A stretch of DNA of 32,365 nucleotides from Neoechinorhynchus agilis (taxonomy: Eukaryota; Animalia; Acanthocephala): contig CM121343.1 in NCBI GenBank assembly GCA_051530055.1, forward strand, positions 1 through 32,365. Reading direction: 5' to 3'. The stretch's first letter is position 1; each line of letters opens with the position of its first letter. Shown piece by piece: positions 1-11,733 of the stretch. A model generated the notes under the pieces. The model had not been told where the DNA came from. It saw only the letters and a list, made by a program, of their open reading frames with translations, and did not search any database. Made by a program: the position numbers and the translations under genes.

Positions 1-96
1 TGTTTACAAAACATTTCAATGTTACGCTCTAATTATTTGTTTATGTTCCGCCAATTTTCCCGATTGATGGGTTCTTAGACTCACAATCTCTCGCCG

Positions 97-570
97 ATGC
101 ATTTTTATAATCCTTATTTGGTGCTATATCCGCCTTCAATGACAAACGTTACGATGTCGGAGGTCCTTGCTCATCCGAGATCATACTTCCATCCTTGTGA
201 TCAACAATATTCATTTCAAGCGATGCCACAATTTAGTTACAAAATCCAAGCGAATCAACAAAACAATTTTGAGCCAAGAGTCTTCAATGGGTTCGTGAAT
301 TCCAGTCTCATTGGACTTTGTTTGCAGCTTTATAAGGGTGTATTCGTCGATCTTTTGAAAAAGGAGGAACTTTGCATACATTATCTCCTTGAAGTTGCTC
401 ACAATTCTCGAATACTCGGTACGGCGGAAGGTAATAAAAATGCCGATATTATTACAAAATACGTAAACGACTACTGCGATCGGAGCGCAAATCGCTTTAA
501 TGAAAATAATGACGAGCAACCAAGACGAAAAAAGCACCACAGTAGAAGACGCAATAGACAAGGACGGTAG
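97..570 (+). CDS. Hypothetical ORF, 157 aa, basic C-terminus; coding status uncertain
   Basis: Open frame with ATG from the ORF track; no recognisable motif. Confidence 0.2.
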   Translation: MHFYNPYLVLYPPSMTNVTMSEVLAHPRSYFHPCDQQYSFQAMPQFSYKIQANQQNNFEPRVFNGFVNSSLIGLCLQLYKGVFVDLLKKEELCIHYLLEVAHNSRILGTAEGNKNADIITKYVNDYCDRSANRFNENNDEQPRRKKHHSRRRNRQGR

Positions 571-1087
571 ACCGAGAGTGGAAATTGAATGTAATACAGT
601 AATCGATAGGCGTGATACCTTCATAATTTTTTCTAAAATAAAGCATAGTCGCAATTTTGAGTATGTATGGCGGTACCATGTTGAAACATTTATTTCGCAG
701 ACGACTCTCGGATGCTCGAATCAAGTAAGCATTGCACATGAGTATCTCGGCTAATCAAGTAAGATAAAAATTGAAATCGGTAAGTGTTAACTAGGAAAAA
801 TGACACATACAAAAATCAAAGGTTAATATATCCTCCGCCAATTTCTTGTTCATGACTGTTGTGCCGATGACAAGGTGAATCGTGCTCGCTACTTTATCGC
901 CGTCAAAGTTAAAAAGTGCAATCCTTTTCGTTGTTTTTAAGAGAATTGTATCGACTTTAATGACACTTACGATTAATCGATAACTTTTCGTCTCGTTTAT
1001 GATGTCGGATCTTTCTTGATTTCCTTATTGCTCTATACAGTTTAAGCTTTTGGCTTTAAAACTCGTTTGTCGTTTTTACTCAGTGAT

Positions 1088-1219
1088 CGATATTATGCAT
1101 ATTGGCCGAAAATGGAGGGTGCTATCAAAAGCAAGATAGGAACTTGTTTGATATGTCAAGCGAATCAACCGAATAAACCGTTGGGCCAGCGAGGTCCACG
1201 TGTACACGCTTCCATGGAT
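1088..1219 (+). mobile_element. Ty3/gypsy integrase zinc-binding (H2C2) fragment
   Basis: Translates YYAYWPKMEGAIKSKIGTCLICQ...RVH, matching the gypsy YW-P-x-M...C-x2-C-Q...RVH pattern that precedes the integrase core. Confidence 0.7.
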
Positions 1220-1700
1220 TCGTTGGCCAATCCCAACTCCCATTGCTCGAAGCTTCAACTTAGCTTTGATGAACCTAATTGTGACCATAATTTCTCTGAT
1301 ATTATCGATATAGCCGCACCCGTATCGTACTCCATTGTCACGAATCGTCCATTTATTTCCAGACTGATGCTTTTTGCTGCCGCATGTACTGATCCTTCCA
1401 TGTCCTCAATATTGTTAATCGTAATATCGTCCTCCGTGGAACCATTGATTTTACCTAATGATCTTTTTCGATTTCGGCAACAACGTCTGATATGTCCTTT
1501 TTGATTGCAACCATAACATTTCACATCTCTTGCCAAACATTCCCAAGGTTTCATGTGCGTAAAGCTTCCGCATCTTTCACAATTCGCGTTCGTATTTTGA
1601 ACCCTCGAGCTTCGATTTCCTGTTCTGGTCCTCGCGATTCGATCGACATTCGATTCCTCCCAAGCTCTTGTATCACTCCTTTCGTCCTCTGAGCTATCTA
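1215..1700 (-). mobile_element. Ty3/gypsy (K02A2.6/Mag-like) gag zinc knuckles + aspartic protease fragment
   Basis: Minus frame gives CERCGSFTHMKPWEC and CYGCNQKGHIRRCC knuckles followed by protease YDTGAAISII...LW. Confidence 0.85.
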
Positions 1701-1728
1701 AAATGTCGTGGCTACCTTTAACACTTGC

Positions 1729-1975
1729 TCAAATGTTGGGTACCTCAATGTTGATGTTCTCTTCATTAACTGTCCACTGTATGTGTGGATCTTGACTGTT
1801 AAGTTCAGCATTTAGTGAATCTCTGTTGTTGTTGTTAGAATCAGTCAGAATGAATACATCGTCCACATAACGCCACCACCGATTTGCATGACTATGAAGC
1901 TCCAAGATAGTAGACTCCCAATCTCGTATGTAGATGTTGCCCAAGGTTGGGGTTAGGGCGCTAATCCGAAACTAC
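1729..1975 (-). mobile_element. Penelope-like element reverse transcriptase fragment
   Basis: SALTPTLGNIYI...WWRYVDDVF...LNSQDPHIQWTVNEE matches the PLE RT motifs (SPxLANIYM, RYVDD, LN-x4-I-x-FT-x-E). Confidence 0.85.
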
Positions 1976-2299
1976 CATTTTGTCCCCTTCCGTGTGGAAA
2001 CGTACCTTGGGAGAGTCGGCACTGGCCCTCGTGGAGGACTTGGGGAAACGAATCAACGGGGCGACTGGAGAGCCAAGATCGACTTCGTTCCTAGCCCAAA
2101 AAATAAGCAGTGCGGTGCATCGGGGCACCACCATTTTAGCCAGCGCCGATGAATATAAGCGGAGAGGTTGTAAACAATGCATAGATAAATTGTATACAAA
2201 TAAATTTATGATTGAACAATTTTATAAAATTGTAGATGTTATAGTCCCAGTTATCCCATAAGAGCAAGCGAGATGATTTCTGACGTTGAGGTGCGATGG

Positions 2300-2855
2300 A
2301 GGGAGTGATAAAGGCAGAAGAGCTATCAAAGTTTGCGGCGGGGGAATGGAGTTTAGAGGCCAACGAGTAGGCGTCGATATTAGTGATTACATTGTCGAGG
2401 AGAGCGTTAAGAAGTGTTGAAAAGTCAGTTAATTGACTCAACTCGGAGAAGAGTGAGAGAGGAAATAGTATATTGAAGTCCTCTCCAGTCAGAAAATGGT
2501 GTGAATTTGCCGAGTTTATTAGCTCTATCATCAATTCCAGTTGACATAAAGAGGACTCAGGAAGAGAGGTAGGAGGGCGGTAGACGCCAGCAATAGTGAA
2601 TTCTCCAAGACCATTTCTTAGGGGGCCTATGAAAGATGAAGAGTGTGGTAGTGATTACTGTACAAAAATTGAGAACTTGCTGGACGTTAGTAGCGGTACT
2701 TATTGAAGGAAGAGTAACCGGAAAGGATGATTGAATTGCTGTTAAGAGCTGTAAGCCATGTTCTTGTTAAGACGATTACGTCGGCTTTTGAACGAGATGA
2801 AATGAGTGCAATTGCATCTAATTTAGGGATAAGTCTTCGAGTATTGAAGTATATT
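2300..2855 (-). mobile_element. Degenerate APE endonuclease of a CR1/L2-like LINE
   Basis: Minus-strand frames give IYFNTRRLIPKLD, DVIVLTRTWL, GYSSF, IAGVYRPP and FLTGEDFN, the ordered APE motifs (N-x-RSL, ETWL, YRPP, GDFN), with stops and frameshifts. Confidence 0.8.
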
Positions 2856-3160
2856 ACCGTGGAGAAGGGGATTTGGGTTCATAGAGGGTAGAAATGAAGG
2901 AGATTACAGTTTCATTGGTTGTCATGGATGATGAATTAAAGGGGGAAACGATACAGGTTTTCTTTCAAAGGATTTATTATCCCTAATAGATAAGTACGGG
3001 AGCGAATAGAAAATTTGTTTTGGGATGAGTGATTGGCAATGTGAGTAACGAGTTTTTATTTTAGAATTGGTGTGGAACAGCTCCGATTGATTATGCCGAT
3101 TTATGGTATATTTGTGTGTGGGTTAAGTGATAATTTTTTACTTGTTTCGGTAAGGAAATC

Positions 3161-6020
3161 GTGTTTAATGTGGATGGAGAGGTTGATTGTCCTTTATGGT
3201 TTTCCGGGCGCTGGTGGAGAAAAGAAGCAGCTCCGGCGGCCAGACAGCTACTGATAGTAGCCTGTCAACGCGGGGGTCGGTGTGCCGCTCCACTTGGTGA
3301 TGCGGCAGCGAACAGGAGAAAAAAAATCCACCAGTGCAACGGGAAAAAGCGAGGGCGTCGTTGCTCTCGCCGACGACTTGAGCGTCGAAATGAGCGAAAC
3401 TGTCGCCGGAGGCAACGAAAGCGTCAGTCGAAGCTCATCACCGTGGTGGGTACGGACTGTTCAGGTGGTGCTGACAGCCGGGAGCCCTTTGGCCCAGCTA
3501 TTTCAGATAGAAGAGGACTACGAATCGGATCCTTGAATTGTAGGAGTCTGCGAGCGCAATGGCGTAGGGGAACCCTGGCCAAATTGGCAAGGGACGCCAG
3601 AATGGATCTTGTGTTTTTACAAGAATTGCGCATAAGAGGGCAATCAGACACAGACGCAAATCAGGAGGATTTAGGAGGAGGCTGGTCATTCTTTTACCTA
3701 TCTGCGGACAGTCGAGGAAATGGAGGTGTAGGCGTTTGTTTATCACCCCGCCTCCGAAACTCAACACTTATGCTGCCATGGGAAAAATCCCAAGAGACGC
3801 TTAACTCAGCTTGACCATATATTGTTGAGACGTAGAGAAAAAATGTCGGGTTAAAAACGCTGACACATTCACAGTTGATGGGCTGTTAAGCGACCACAAG
3901 ATGGTGATGTGTCAGTTGAGCATGAGGGACTCGTTGTTCCGTACGCCTCAGCATCCTCCACGTCCGTTCTATGGCGCCCTCGCTAATGAGGAGAAGAGGA
4001 ACGAGTTCGATATCGAACTAGAGAATCAACTGAGCTCGATGCCAGCTGCTGAAACGGACATTGATTTTTATTACAAGTCAATCTGCGACGCAGTGACCGA
4101 AGCGGCCGAGAAAACCATCCCAAAAATGAGGCGTATAAAAGCTGCAATGGTTATATGGCAGGAGGACTGTGAATTTATGGCAATGGCTGAGCAGATCAAA
4201 ACTCTAAGAAAAAGAGGAAAACGATCTGAGGCTCGCATTGCAAGTCTTGAACTTGCCAACCTCTATAATGAAAAGCACAAAGCTTCGATAGAGGATGCAG
4301 TTCGCGGGATCGCATATAAGGAAGGTTTTGTTCGTACCTGCTTAGCATGGAGAACGATAAACATTCTCACAGGAAGATCCCAAAGACAGCCAACTTCGAT
4401 TGAAGGTCCCTCCACGGAAATCAGAAAAAAGAGAATCGTTAATTATTTTGCGGAAATTCTCAATTCGCCATTATCGTCTTTGGAAGTGAGTCCTGCACTT
4501 CCAAAAAGCGCAATCGCCAAAGCACTGAGGCATACTTCACTGGACCGATTTCCGTGAAGGAAGCGATCGCTGCGGCGAAAATGATGCGTGCGGGACGTGC
4601 ATCAGGCCCATATGGGATAATGGCAGAGGTACTGAGGTTTGAATCTATTGCCAGAAAAATCATACCAGTAATGAATGGCATAATGAATGGTGGCTCAGTA
4701 CCTCAAATCTGGCAAACGGCGCATTTAACAATGATCCCCAAGGAATGCCGCTCGACAAAGGTGGAGGACTACAGGGGTATATCCTTGATGTCCAACACGG
4801 CAAAACGTTTCAGCAACATTTTGAGACGCCGAATTCAGCCAATCTTCGAAGCGCTTCTAAGAATTGAACAGAACGGCTTCAGAAAAGATCGAGGCACCAC
4901 AGAGCGCATATTGGCTTTGAGGAAGATCCTCGAGGAGGCACGAATTCATCAAACGGATGTGACGCTGGTATTTGTTTATTTCCGTCGAGCTTTCGATTCG
5001 GTAAATCGAACGATGATTGGCGGTATCTTAAAGGAGTATGGAGTGCCGCCGATCATTGTCACATCCGCTTTGGCATTATATAAAAACACAATGTCCGCCG
5101 TCAAGACAGCTGACGGTTTGACTCTGCAGGGCGACGCATTGGCTCCTTTCCTCTTCATCTTGGTGCTTGACTGGGTAATGAGATGGGCACTACCGAATGA
5201 TGAAGATGGATTTCTTCTGTTTAGGAACAGAGATTGCAGGTATCCTGAGATACGCGCCTCCTACATGGCATATGCCGACGACATCGTATTGATGTCCTCA
5301 ACAGTCGAAGGAGCTCAACGCATGCTAAATGGACTGCGCGAGAGGGCGAGTATGATTGGTCTGACCATCAACTCGAAAAAGACGGAATTTTTGACGATTC
5401 CGCATGTCGCGCATACAGTCTATGGCGAAGGGCGGAATGGCGTTGAGCAATTAAAGCAGATAGAGCGGTATGCCTATCTGGGAGCTGTCGTTCCTGAGGT
5501 GAGTGCGGATGTCAGCCGACGGAGAGCTATAGCTTGGAGAGCAGTGGGGCAACTTAAAACACTGTTTGACAGTGAGTCTTTGCCAGATGAACTCCGTTCG
5601 CAGCTGTTCAGGGCTCTAATTGAGAGCAATCTCTACTAAAATGCAGAGACCTGGACACTGTTACCAACGGCGACGAGGCAGTTGGACCAAAATCATTCAT
5701 CTCTCTTGCGTGCGGCGTTAAAGGTCAGATGGTCAGATAAAGTAACCAACAAAGCACTGTATAAGAGAGCCGGAGTCCAACCGCCCAGTGAATATTTTCG
5801 CCACAGACGACTGCAGTTCATGAGCAATATAATTCGGTCCGAGGCATCTTGCCCACAGGTCGTGCAACATTTCCTTTTATGGAAGCCAACGACATTGTAT
5901 CGTAAAGGCAAAGGGAACTGTCGTACATGCGATGACCTGATTTTAAGAGACGCGAATTGTCCGCATAACAGGACTGCTGTCGTGTATTTTAGATCCCTTG
6001 CGGAGTCTAATTCTATTTGA
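3161..6020 (+). mobile_element. Near full-length but inactivated RTE-type non-LTR retrotransposon (APE + RT)
   Basis: APE motifs LRIGSLNCRSL, DLVFLQELR, GNGGVGV, QLDHIL, SDH. RT motifs YRGISL, QNGFR, RAFDSV, QGDALAPFLF, YADD. C-terminal LKVRWSDKVTN and RRLQF. Split over at least 4 frames with internal deletions (middle of APE; between KTADGLT and LQGD). Confidence 0.92.
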
Positions 6021-7577
6021 CGGGCTTATACCTACGGTGCAACGTAGGAAAGTACCGCTGCATTGCTGCCAGCGTGATGGCGACGGTCGAGGAAGGACAA
6101 AAGCTGGAATTTGGTGGGAGGTGGTGAATGTAAAGAAAAGTCGATACTCATTATTTAAAAACTTACAAGCAATAGCGACTGAAAAAAAAATGATTAATTG
6201 TAATCTATTATTTTTATTTTGATCGTTGAAGCATTTGAGATTTTTTGAATAAATCGTGATGTCGATGATTTTTTCTCTAAACCCCTGCTCTGTAATGCTC
6301 ACAATCTCACAAAATATAAATTGAATTTCTTTAAAAATTATGTTTTAATAACGCGAGAGAGAGACCGTTGACGTTCAGAGGAACGTTGAGAGAGAGGATG
6401 AAGAGAGAGAGGAAGGGGGGATGAGAGAGATTGCAAATTTATTGATGGGTTTGTACTTGCCTGAAGGAAATAAGAAGGTTCAAACTTATAAATATTAGCG
6501 GCTTTTTGCACGCGGTAGCATTTTGCTGGATTTCCTGGGAACACTGAAGGCGCACGGGAATACAGAATATAGAATGGTTTCTGCTGTAAGAAGAGATAGT
6601 TGCAGGGCCTTCTATGGAAGGAAAACAGTGTGCCAGGAGCCGAAACGAAGATACTTCTTAGGTGCACCATTCGTCGATGATGAGCGAGAAAGCAAAGCAA
6701 AGGTGGGGTATACGAAATTCACTGCAATGAATGTAGTAAATCCCACGTAGGCCAAACAAACAATTTGGAAAAACAACCAAAGAACACCAATTTGACCTCT
6801 GAGGAGAGGCACCGATGGCGGTTCTGCGATATTCAACAATTTTGAACAATAAGACCACGTCCTAAATATCAACAATGCCACCATTTTTCCACGAAGTGAA
6901 TCCAAATGGAATCGCGTTATAAAGCTTGGGGGGGTGGGGAATATGGCGGACTTTAAACTTAATCTAAGTACAATGTGAATTTAAGAATTCCTCATGTGTT
7001 TTTAGACTTTGGTAAAGGCACAGTGCCGAAATATTGCAATTAATAAATTCTTTTTATTTTTTAAACAAGCATTAACTATTCAGCCTTCAAATCTAAATTT
7101 TTTTCAAATCGTAAAAAATACGAAACAATTTGTAGAAAGCATTTGGAATTTTGGGCTAAAAATACCCTGAAAACACATAAATTGACTATTTCGACACAAA
7201 ATTGAAGTGCGACCGTTTAATACGCCTGAAGAAACGAATTTCATGTATTTTTCCAGAAAAAAACCATGCAAATTTTCGAGGTTTTAAGAAATATAAAATT
7301 TCTACCAAAATACGAGCAACATTTTTTTTGTTCATCAAGTGAAATTAAATTTTTTTGTCGGAAAACCCGACTGAAGAAAACTCTGAAATAACTAAAAAAG
7401 GCAAAAAAGAATTTAGTTAATTCAGGAATAACGATAGGATTCGTTTTATTTCAGAGAAAACTTTTCGATAAGTCACACGGTCTCCCGATTACTTAAAAAA
7501 TTCACTAGTTTTTAATTTGGAAGAAATTCATAAATTAAATAAAAATTGGTAGAAATCTCTAAAAATATTCAAGGATA

Positions 7578-8582
7578 TCGCATCCACGCAAGACTACCAC
7601 TAGAAAGACTTTGAGCAAGCAGACTACATGGCTCCTTTTTACAAATTAATTATTTTCGTACTGAGGCAGAAAGGGAAAATGACCCAATTATCAATTTAGG
7701 TCTACAAACATTGGGCAAATGATATTAATTTAGGCATGAGCCTTGACGATAGCCGACACTCGTCGCATCCACGCAAGACTACCACTAGAAAGACTTTGAG
7801 CAAGCAGACTACATGGCTACTTTTTACAAATTAATTATTTTCGGACTGAGGCAGAAAAGGAAAATGACCCAATTATCAATTTAGGTCTACAAACATTGGG
7901 CAAATGATATTAATTTAGGCATGAGCCTTGACGATAGCCGACACTCGTCGCATCCACGCAAGACTACCACTAGAAAGACTTTGAGCAAGCAGACTACATG
8001 GCTACTTTTCACAAATTAATTATTTTCGGACTGAGGCAGAAAAGGAAAATGACCCAATTATCAATTTAGGTCTACAAACATTGGGCAAATGATATTAATT
8101 TAGGCATGAGCCTTGACGATAGCCGACACTCGTCGCATCCACGCAAGACTACCACTAGAAAGACTTTGAGCAAGCAGACTACATGGCTACTTTTCACAAA
8201 TTAATTATTTTCGGACTGAGGCAGAAAAGGAAAATGACCCAATTATCAATTTAGGTCTACAAACATTGGGCAAATGATATTAATTTAGGCATGAGCCTTG
8301 ACGATAGCCGACACTCGTCGCATCCACGCAAGACTACCACTAGAAAGACTTTGAGCAAGCAGACTACATGGCTACTTTTCACAAATTAATTATTTTCGGA
8401 CTGAGGCAGAAAAGGAAAATGACCCAATTATCAATTTAGGTCTACAAACATTGGGCAAATGATATTAATTTAGGCATGAGCCTTGACGATAGCCGACACT
8501 CGTCGCATCCATGCAAGACTACCACTAGAAAGACTTTGAGCAAGCAGACTACATGGCTACTTTTCACAAATTAATTATTTTC
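7578..8582. repeat. Tandem array, 185 bp unit, ~5.4 copies
   Basis: Motif cgcatcc recurs at 7579, 7764, 7949, 8134, 8319 and 8504 (period exactly 185); units differ by only a few substitutions. Confidence 0.98.
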
Positions 8583-8870
8583 TATGACAAACATTTAGAC
8601 GCGCGCCAAAACCTTAAACATATTAGAATTCTGTCGTTCTTGGTACCTTCCAAATCGCCATAAGTTTTCTATCCTTCCCGCTTGTTCCGGGAATCGCTCT
8701 ATTTTGCTCTCGGATGAATCGAGCGAATTTGGGGCTGATGTTTGATTCGATTTACCATTGTACCGAATACAAGCGGAAGCGTCTTTTTGCACGGTTGTAA
8801 TATATTGAAATCATTGGAAACGTTTTCCGATTAATGTTCTGCATTCGGGTCATAATTAGTGAAATGAATT
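8540..8870 (-). pseudogene. Fragment of unidentified repeated sequence family X (second copy at ~11780-12110)
   Basis: Collinear anchors tacttttcacaaatt (8558/11801), gtaccttccaaa (8643/11876) and cataattagtgaaat (8851/12090). Minus-strand peptides DRKLMAIWKV vs DRKRRAFWKV and FVKSSHVVCLL vs FVKSTNLVIVL. Confidence 0.55.
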
Positions 8871-8896
8871 GATTCTCTCAGTTGTAATATTCATCC

Positions 8897-9261
8897 TCTC
8901 ACTTGGATCATATATCCATTCGCGCAACTCCATCATTTCTTCGTGCATTAAACAAGCCTTTTTATATGTTCCTCATAAGGAGGGGACATCACAGGTATGA
9001 CCTTCAATAATCATTTTGGCCATAACTCTTCCAATGGAAATAAAATCGTTGATGTAACCTCTAGATCCGATCTTATCCGGTATAACAGTTTGCAAAGAAG
9101 TATATTTAAAAAGCCCTCTTCTGGGGTTCAGAGCTTCTTGCATAAATAAATTATGAAATTCTCTTAGAATGCCACCTCCATCAACACCATATTCTTCGAG
9201 ACCATATTGGTTAACCATAACTACATGCGGCTCTTTATAAAGCGAGAGAGTCGGATTATTT
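8897..9261 (-). pseudogene. Partial duplicate of the HECT-domain exon (source 19039-19478)
   Basis: 8985-9261 differs from 19203-19478 by 2 substitutions; two internal deletions of about 53 and 22 bp. Confidence 0.95.
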
Positions 9262-9302
9262 AATAATAATTTTATTTGATCATACGTACGAACAGGAAAG
9301 TG

Positions 9303-9518
9303 TCAGAGGGCCATAACATAAGTTGTGCAATCATGCATTTCGAACATCCATCTGCATAGATTATGTTTCAAGGAATCAATATCTGGATGCTTGAGGAATA
9401 GTGCACTTTTTAGCAGAACTTCTCCAAAAATAAGACGTTGCTCCGCAGGTCTACCGCGACTAAAAAACGTAAGGCCAGAGATGGCCCATGTTTTCCAAAT
9501 TTGAACGCGTTTTTTTGT
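9303..9518 (-). pseudogene. Exon-like open frame of unidentified gene family Y (paralog at 25901-26099)
   Basis: Stop-free frame RVQIWKTWAISGLTFFSRGRPAEQRLIF..., 16/20 aa identical to the 25905 ORF over the core. Confidence 0.65.
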
Positions 9519-9789
9519 CCGTTAGGTTCTGCTTACTTGCTCTAACATGCAAACGTTTTGCTAATTTAAGAATTTTATTAAAATGTGTCAGGTCAAATTT
9601 CTCATTCAACCTTGCATTAAAATTATATCCTAAAACCTACAGAATAATTAGGCACTGACAAAAATATATTGAACATTTCAGAAATTAGGGTACTATAATT
9701 CGGCATTGTATGCTTGATTGCGAAATTGAAGAAGGCTACATTCAGGGGAGAGAAGCGATATTTTCGGGATAATGACAGGTCGTCCGTAA

Positions 9790-10050
9790 TATTCCATGTC
9801 AACATATCATGGAAGCAAATTTCCGCGATCGACGTCTGTTTGGCGAGGGATATTGTCACGCGTCGATCCAATGGGGCGAAACAACCATCCAAGAAGGAAT
9901 GAGAATTGTTATAGATCCGGTGAAAAGTAGGTTGAATAGGACGGATGAATTCGTGTGTGCCATCACGATTGGCCACAGCCCGGGTCCATTTACCGGACGG
10001 ATCATTAAAATCCCCGAAAAAGAGAACGTTCCCGTCCCATTGCTGTGGAT
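9790..10050 (-). mobile_element. C-terminal half of an APE endonuclease (CR1/L2-like LINE fragment)
   Basis: VLFFGDFNDPSGKW...IQPTFH...FLDGCF matches GDFN-x-P-x2-W ... PT ... LDL. Confidence 0.65.
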
Positions 10051-10084
10051 TGCACCTTCCGTCGATTGGCATCCAAAGTCGCGT

Positions 10085-11378
10085 GTCAGTTCGCCACCGA
10101 TCGATCAACTCTTGCCGCTTCAATTAGGAGTCGGAGTTCCTGCTGGAGCCGAGGCGGCCGTACTTGCAGCACGAGCGTATAGTCGAAACGGTATCCATAA
10201 GGGAATGGCAATTGTCATGCTTGATATGGAAAACGCGTTCAATTCAATATGCCGCACCGCGATGACAGAGGTTGTCCACCAGCACCTGCCAGAAATCTAC
10301 CAGTACGTGTCCTTGTGCTGCGACCAGTCCAGCATGCTGCTGTTCGGCGAGTCTCAGATCGAATCAGCAGAGGGTGTTCAACAAGGTGATTCTCTAGGTC
10401 CTCTGCTGTTCACATTGACGATCAATCATCTTGCATACAGCTCTGCCAGAGTTGTCGATTTGGTACCTCGACGACTGTTGCATCGGAGGGGAGATCGACC
10501 AGCTCATCCGCGACATCAAAAACATCTCCGAAATGCGTGCCGATATCGGACTATTCCTGAAAACGGACAAATGGGAAATGATTTCGTACGACCAAGAGGA
10601 TGCATCGAGACTGCTCACCGTACTACCCGGAGCAAAGAGAACTGCAATCGACTCAGCTGACATTCTCGGGTCTCTAATCGGTAACCTTTCCAACCTGGAA
10701 ACGTTCCTCTCAAAAGCTATCGATCAATGGCGGCTCACTGCCTCCAGGCTCTTGCACATCGCGCGACGCGACGCTCAGTTCATAATAGGACGTCTGAAGA
10801 CTTCTCCATGCTTCAAGTCAGTACTCACTAGGGATTTCGACAACTGCGTTCAATCAACCCTGTCAGAAGTCCTCAACCTACGGCTGCCCGACAAAACATG
10901 GAAACAGGCGACCCTTCCCATTCGATTCGGTGGTCCCTGGCATCCAGAGTGCCACCGAAGTAGCAATTCCTGCTTTTTCATCATCGATTTCGGCCTCTTC
11001 AGACCTTGTGCTGAAAATCATCCCACCACACACTCGACTAGAGTCACATCCACCACTTTAACTGATTGAAGCGCACGCTCAATGGACATCAGTGTTCGGG
11101 CAGGTCGTTCCAACGGAAACAATCTCCCAAAAACGTTGGACTGCCTTGCTCCACACTGCGTATTATCAGCAGCTTCTTAACTCATGTTCATCTCCCAACG
11201 ATAGAGCTCGTCTCTTGGCAGTCTCAGCTCCACACTCCAGCGACTTCTTGAAGGCTTTCCCAATTACATCTGTTGGCACGAGGCTGGATGACCAAGCCAT
11301 CACCGTCGCTGTGGGACTTCTGTTGGATATCGATTTCTCAGGCTCATAAACATGTCGGTGCCGTGGGACAGTGAATAG
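10085..11378 (+). mobile_element. CRE-clade (restriction-like endonuclease) non-LTR retrotransposon, RT portion, 5'-truncated and frameshifted
   Basis: LPLQLGVGVPAGAEAA, LDMENAFNS, EGVQQGDSLGPLLF, WYLDD, QATLPIRFGG, RARLLAVSAPHSSDFLKAFP; these motifs are typical of CRE/SLACS-type RT. Confidence 0.9.
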
Positions 11379-11733
11379 TGTGACCGAGTCACTAGTAGAC
11401 ATGTTCTATATTCTACACAAAACCGAACACGCACACCTACACATATTCGCGCATGCAGTTACTACTGTTTATCACCCGATCGATGACATGACGACATCAT
11501 GCCCACTATAACACTTTCACAGCGTCTTGGGATCTCCACTCACACTGTCCGTCCGCCTCTTCTTGAGCGCTCGAGCTCGGTTCTCCATGCGCTCTTCGCC
11601 CAGACGTCTTCATCCGCTTGTGTCATCTGCAGGTACCATCGCATATCGACAACAAACAGTTTTCACACCTCCTCATTGGGCACTCGATCCTTGCGTGTCA
11701 ATCCTGCGGACCATCTCAGCATCCGCATTTTGT
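11379..11733 (-). repeat. 3' terminal direct repeat: 143 bp TGTGA...TCACA core (11379-11521) plus 212 bp RTE-derived segment
   Basis: No difference from 15582-15936 seen by eye (offset 4203). The minus strand of 11522-11745 encodes KLAVNKMRMLRWSAGLTRKDRVPNEEV...MRWYL...DSVSGDPKTL, an RTE C-terminal region. Confidence 0.93.

Noticed and set aside
97-570. Similarity of ORF 97-570 to family X (MP..Y...NFE; FVNSS)
   Set aside because: The two short matches have incompatible spacing, so they are probably chance.
6338-6905. Hydrophobic minus-strand ORFs as a membrane protein; GA-rich tract at 6354-6430
   Set aside because: Frames are short, interrupted and motif-free; the hydrophobicity is explained by the A/G-rich plus strand.
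6960-7570. Possible MITE or DNA transposon in the AT-rich block (taaaggcacagt; tttctacca/tggtagaaa)
   Set aside because: No matching terminal inverted repeat pair or target duplication found.
7678-7713. Resemblance of the repeat unit (aatgacccaa...ttaggt...aaacattg) to nematode SL1 RNA, attractive because CRE-clade elements can target SL genes
   Set aside because: Only short AT-rich matches with wrong spacing, no convincing Sm site or stem-loops, and the CRE element is not inserted in the array. An Infernal SL search would settle it.
7734-8485. TTAGGC telomere-like hexamer in each repeat unit
   Set aside because: A single isolated hexamer per 185 bp, not a telomeric run.
7578-8582. CRISPR-like array
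   Set aside because: Units are contiguous near-identical 185-mers with no unique spacers, there are no cas genes, and the context is eukaryotic.
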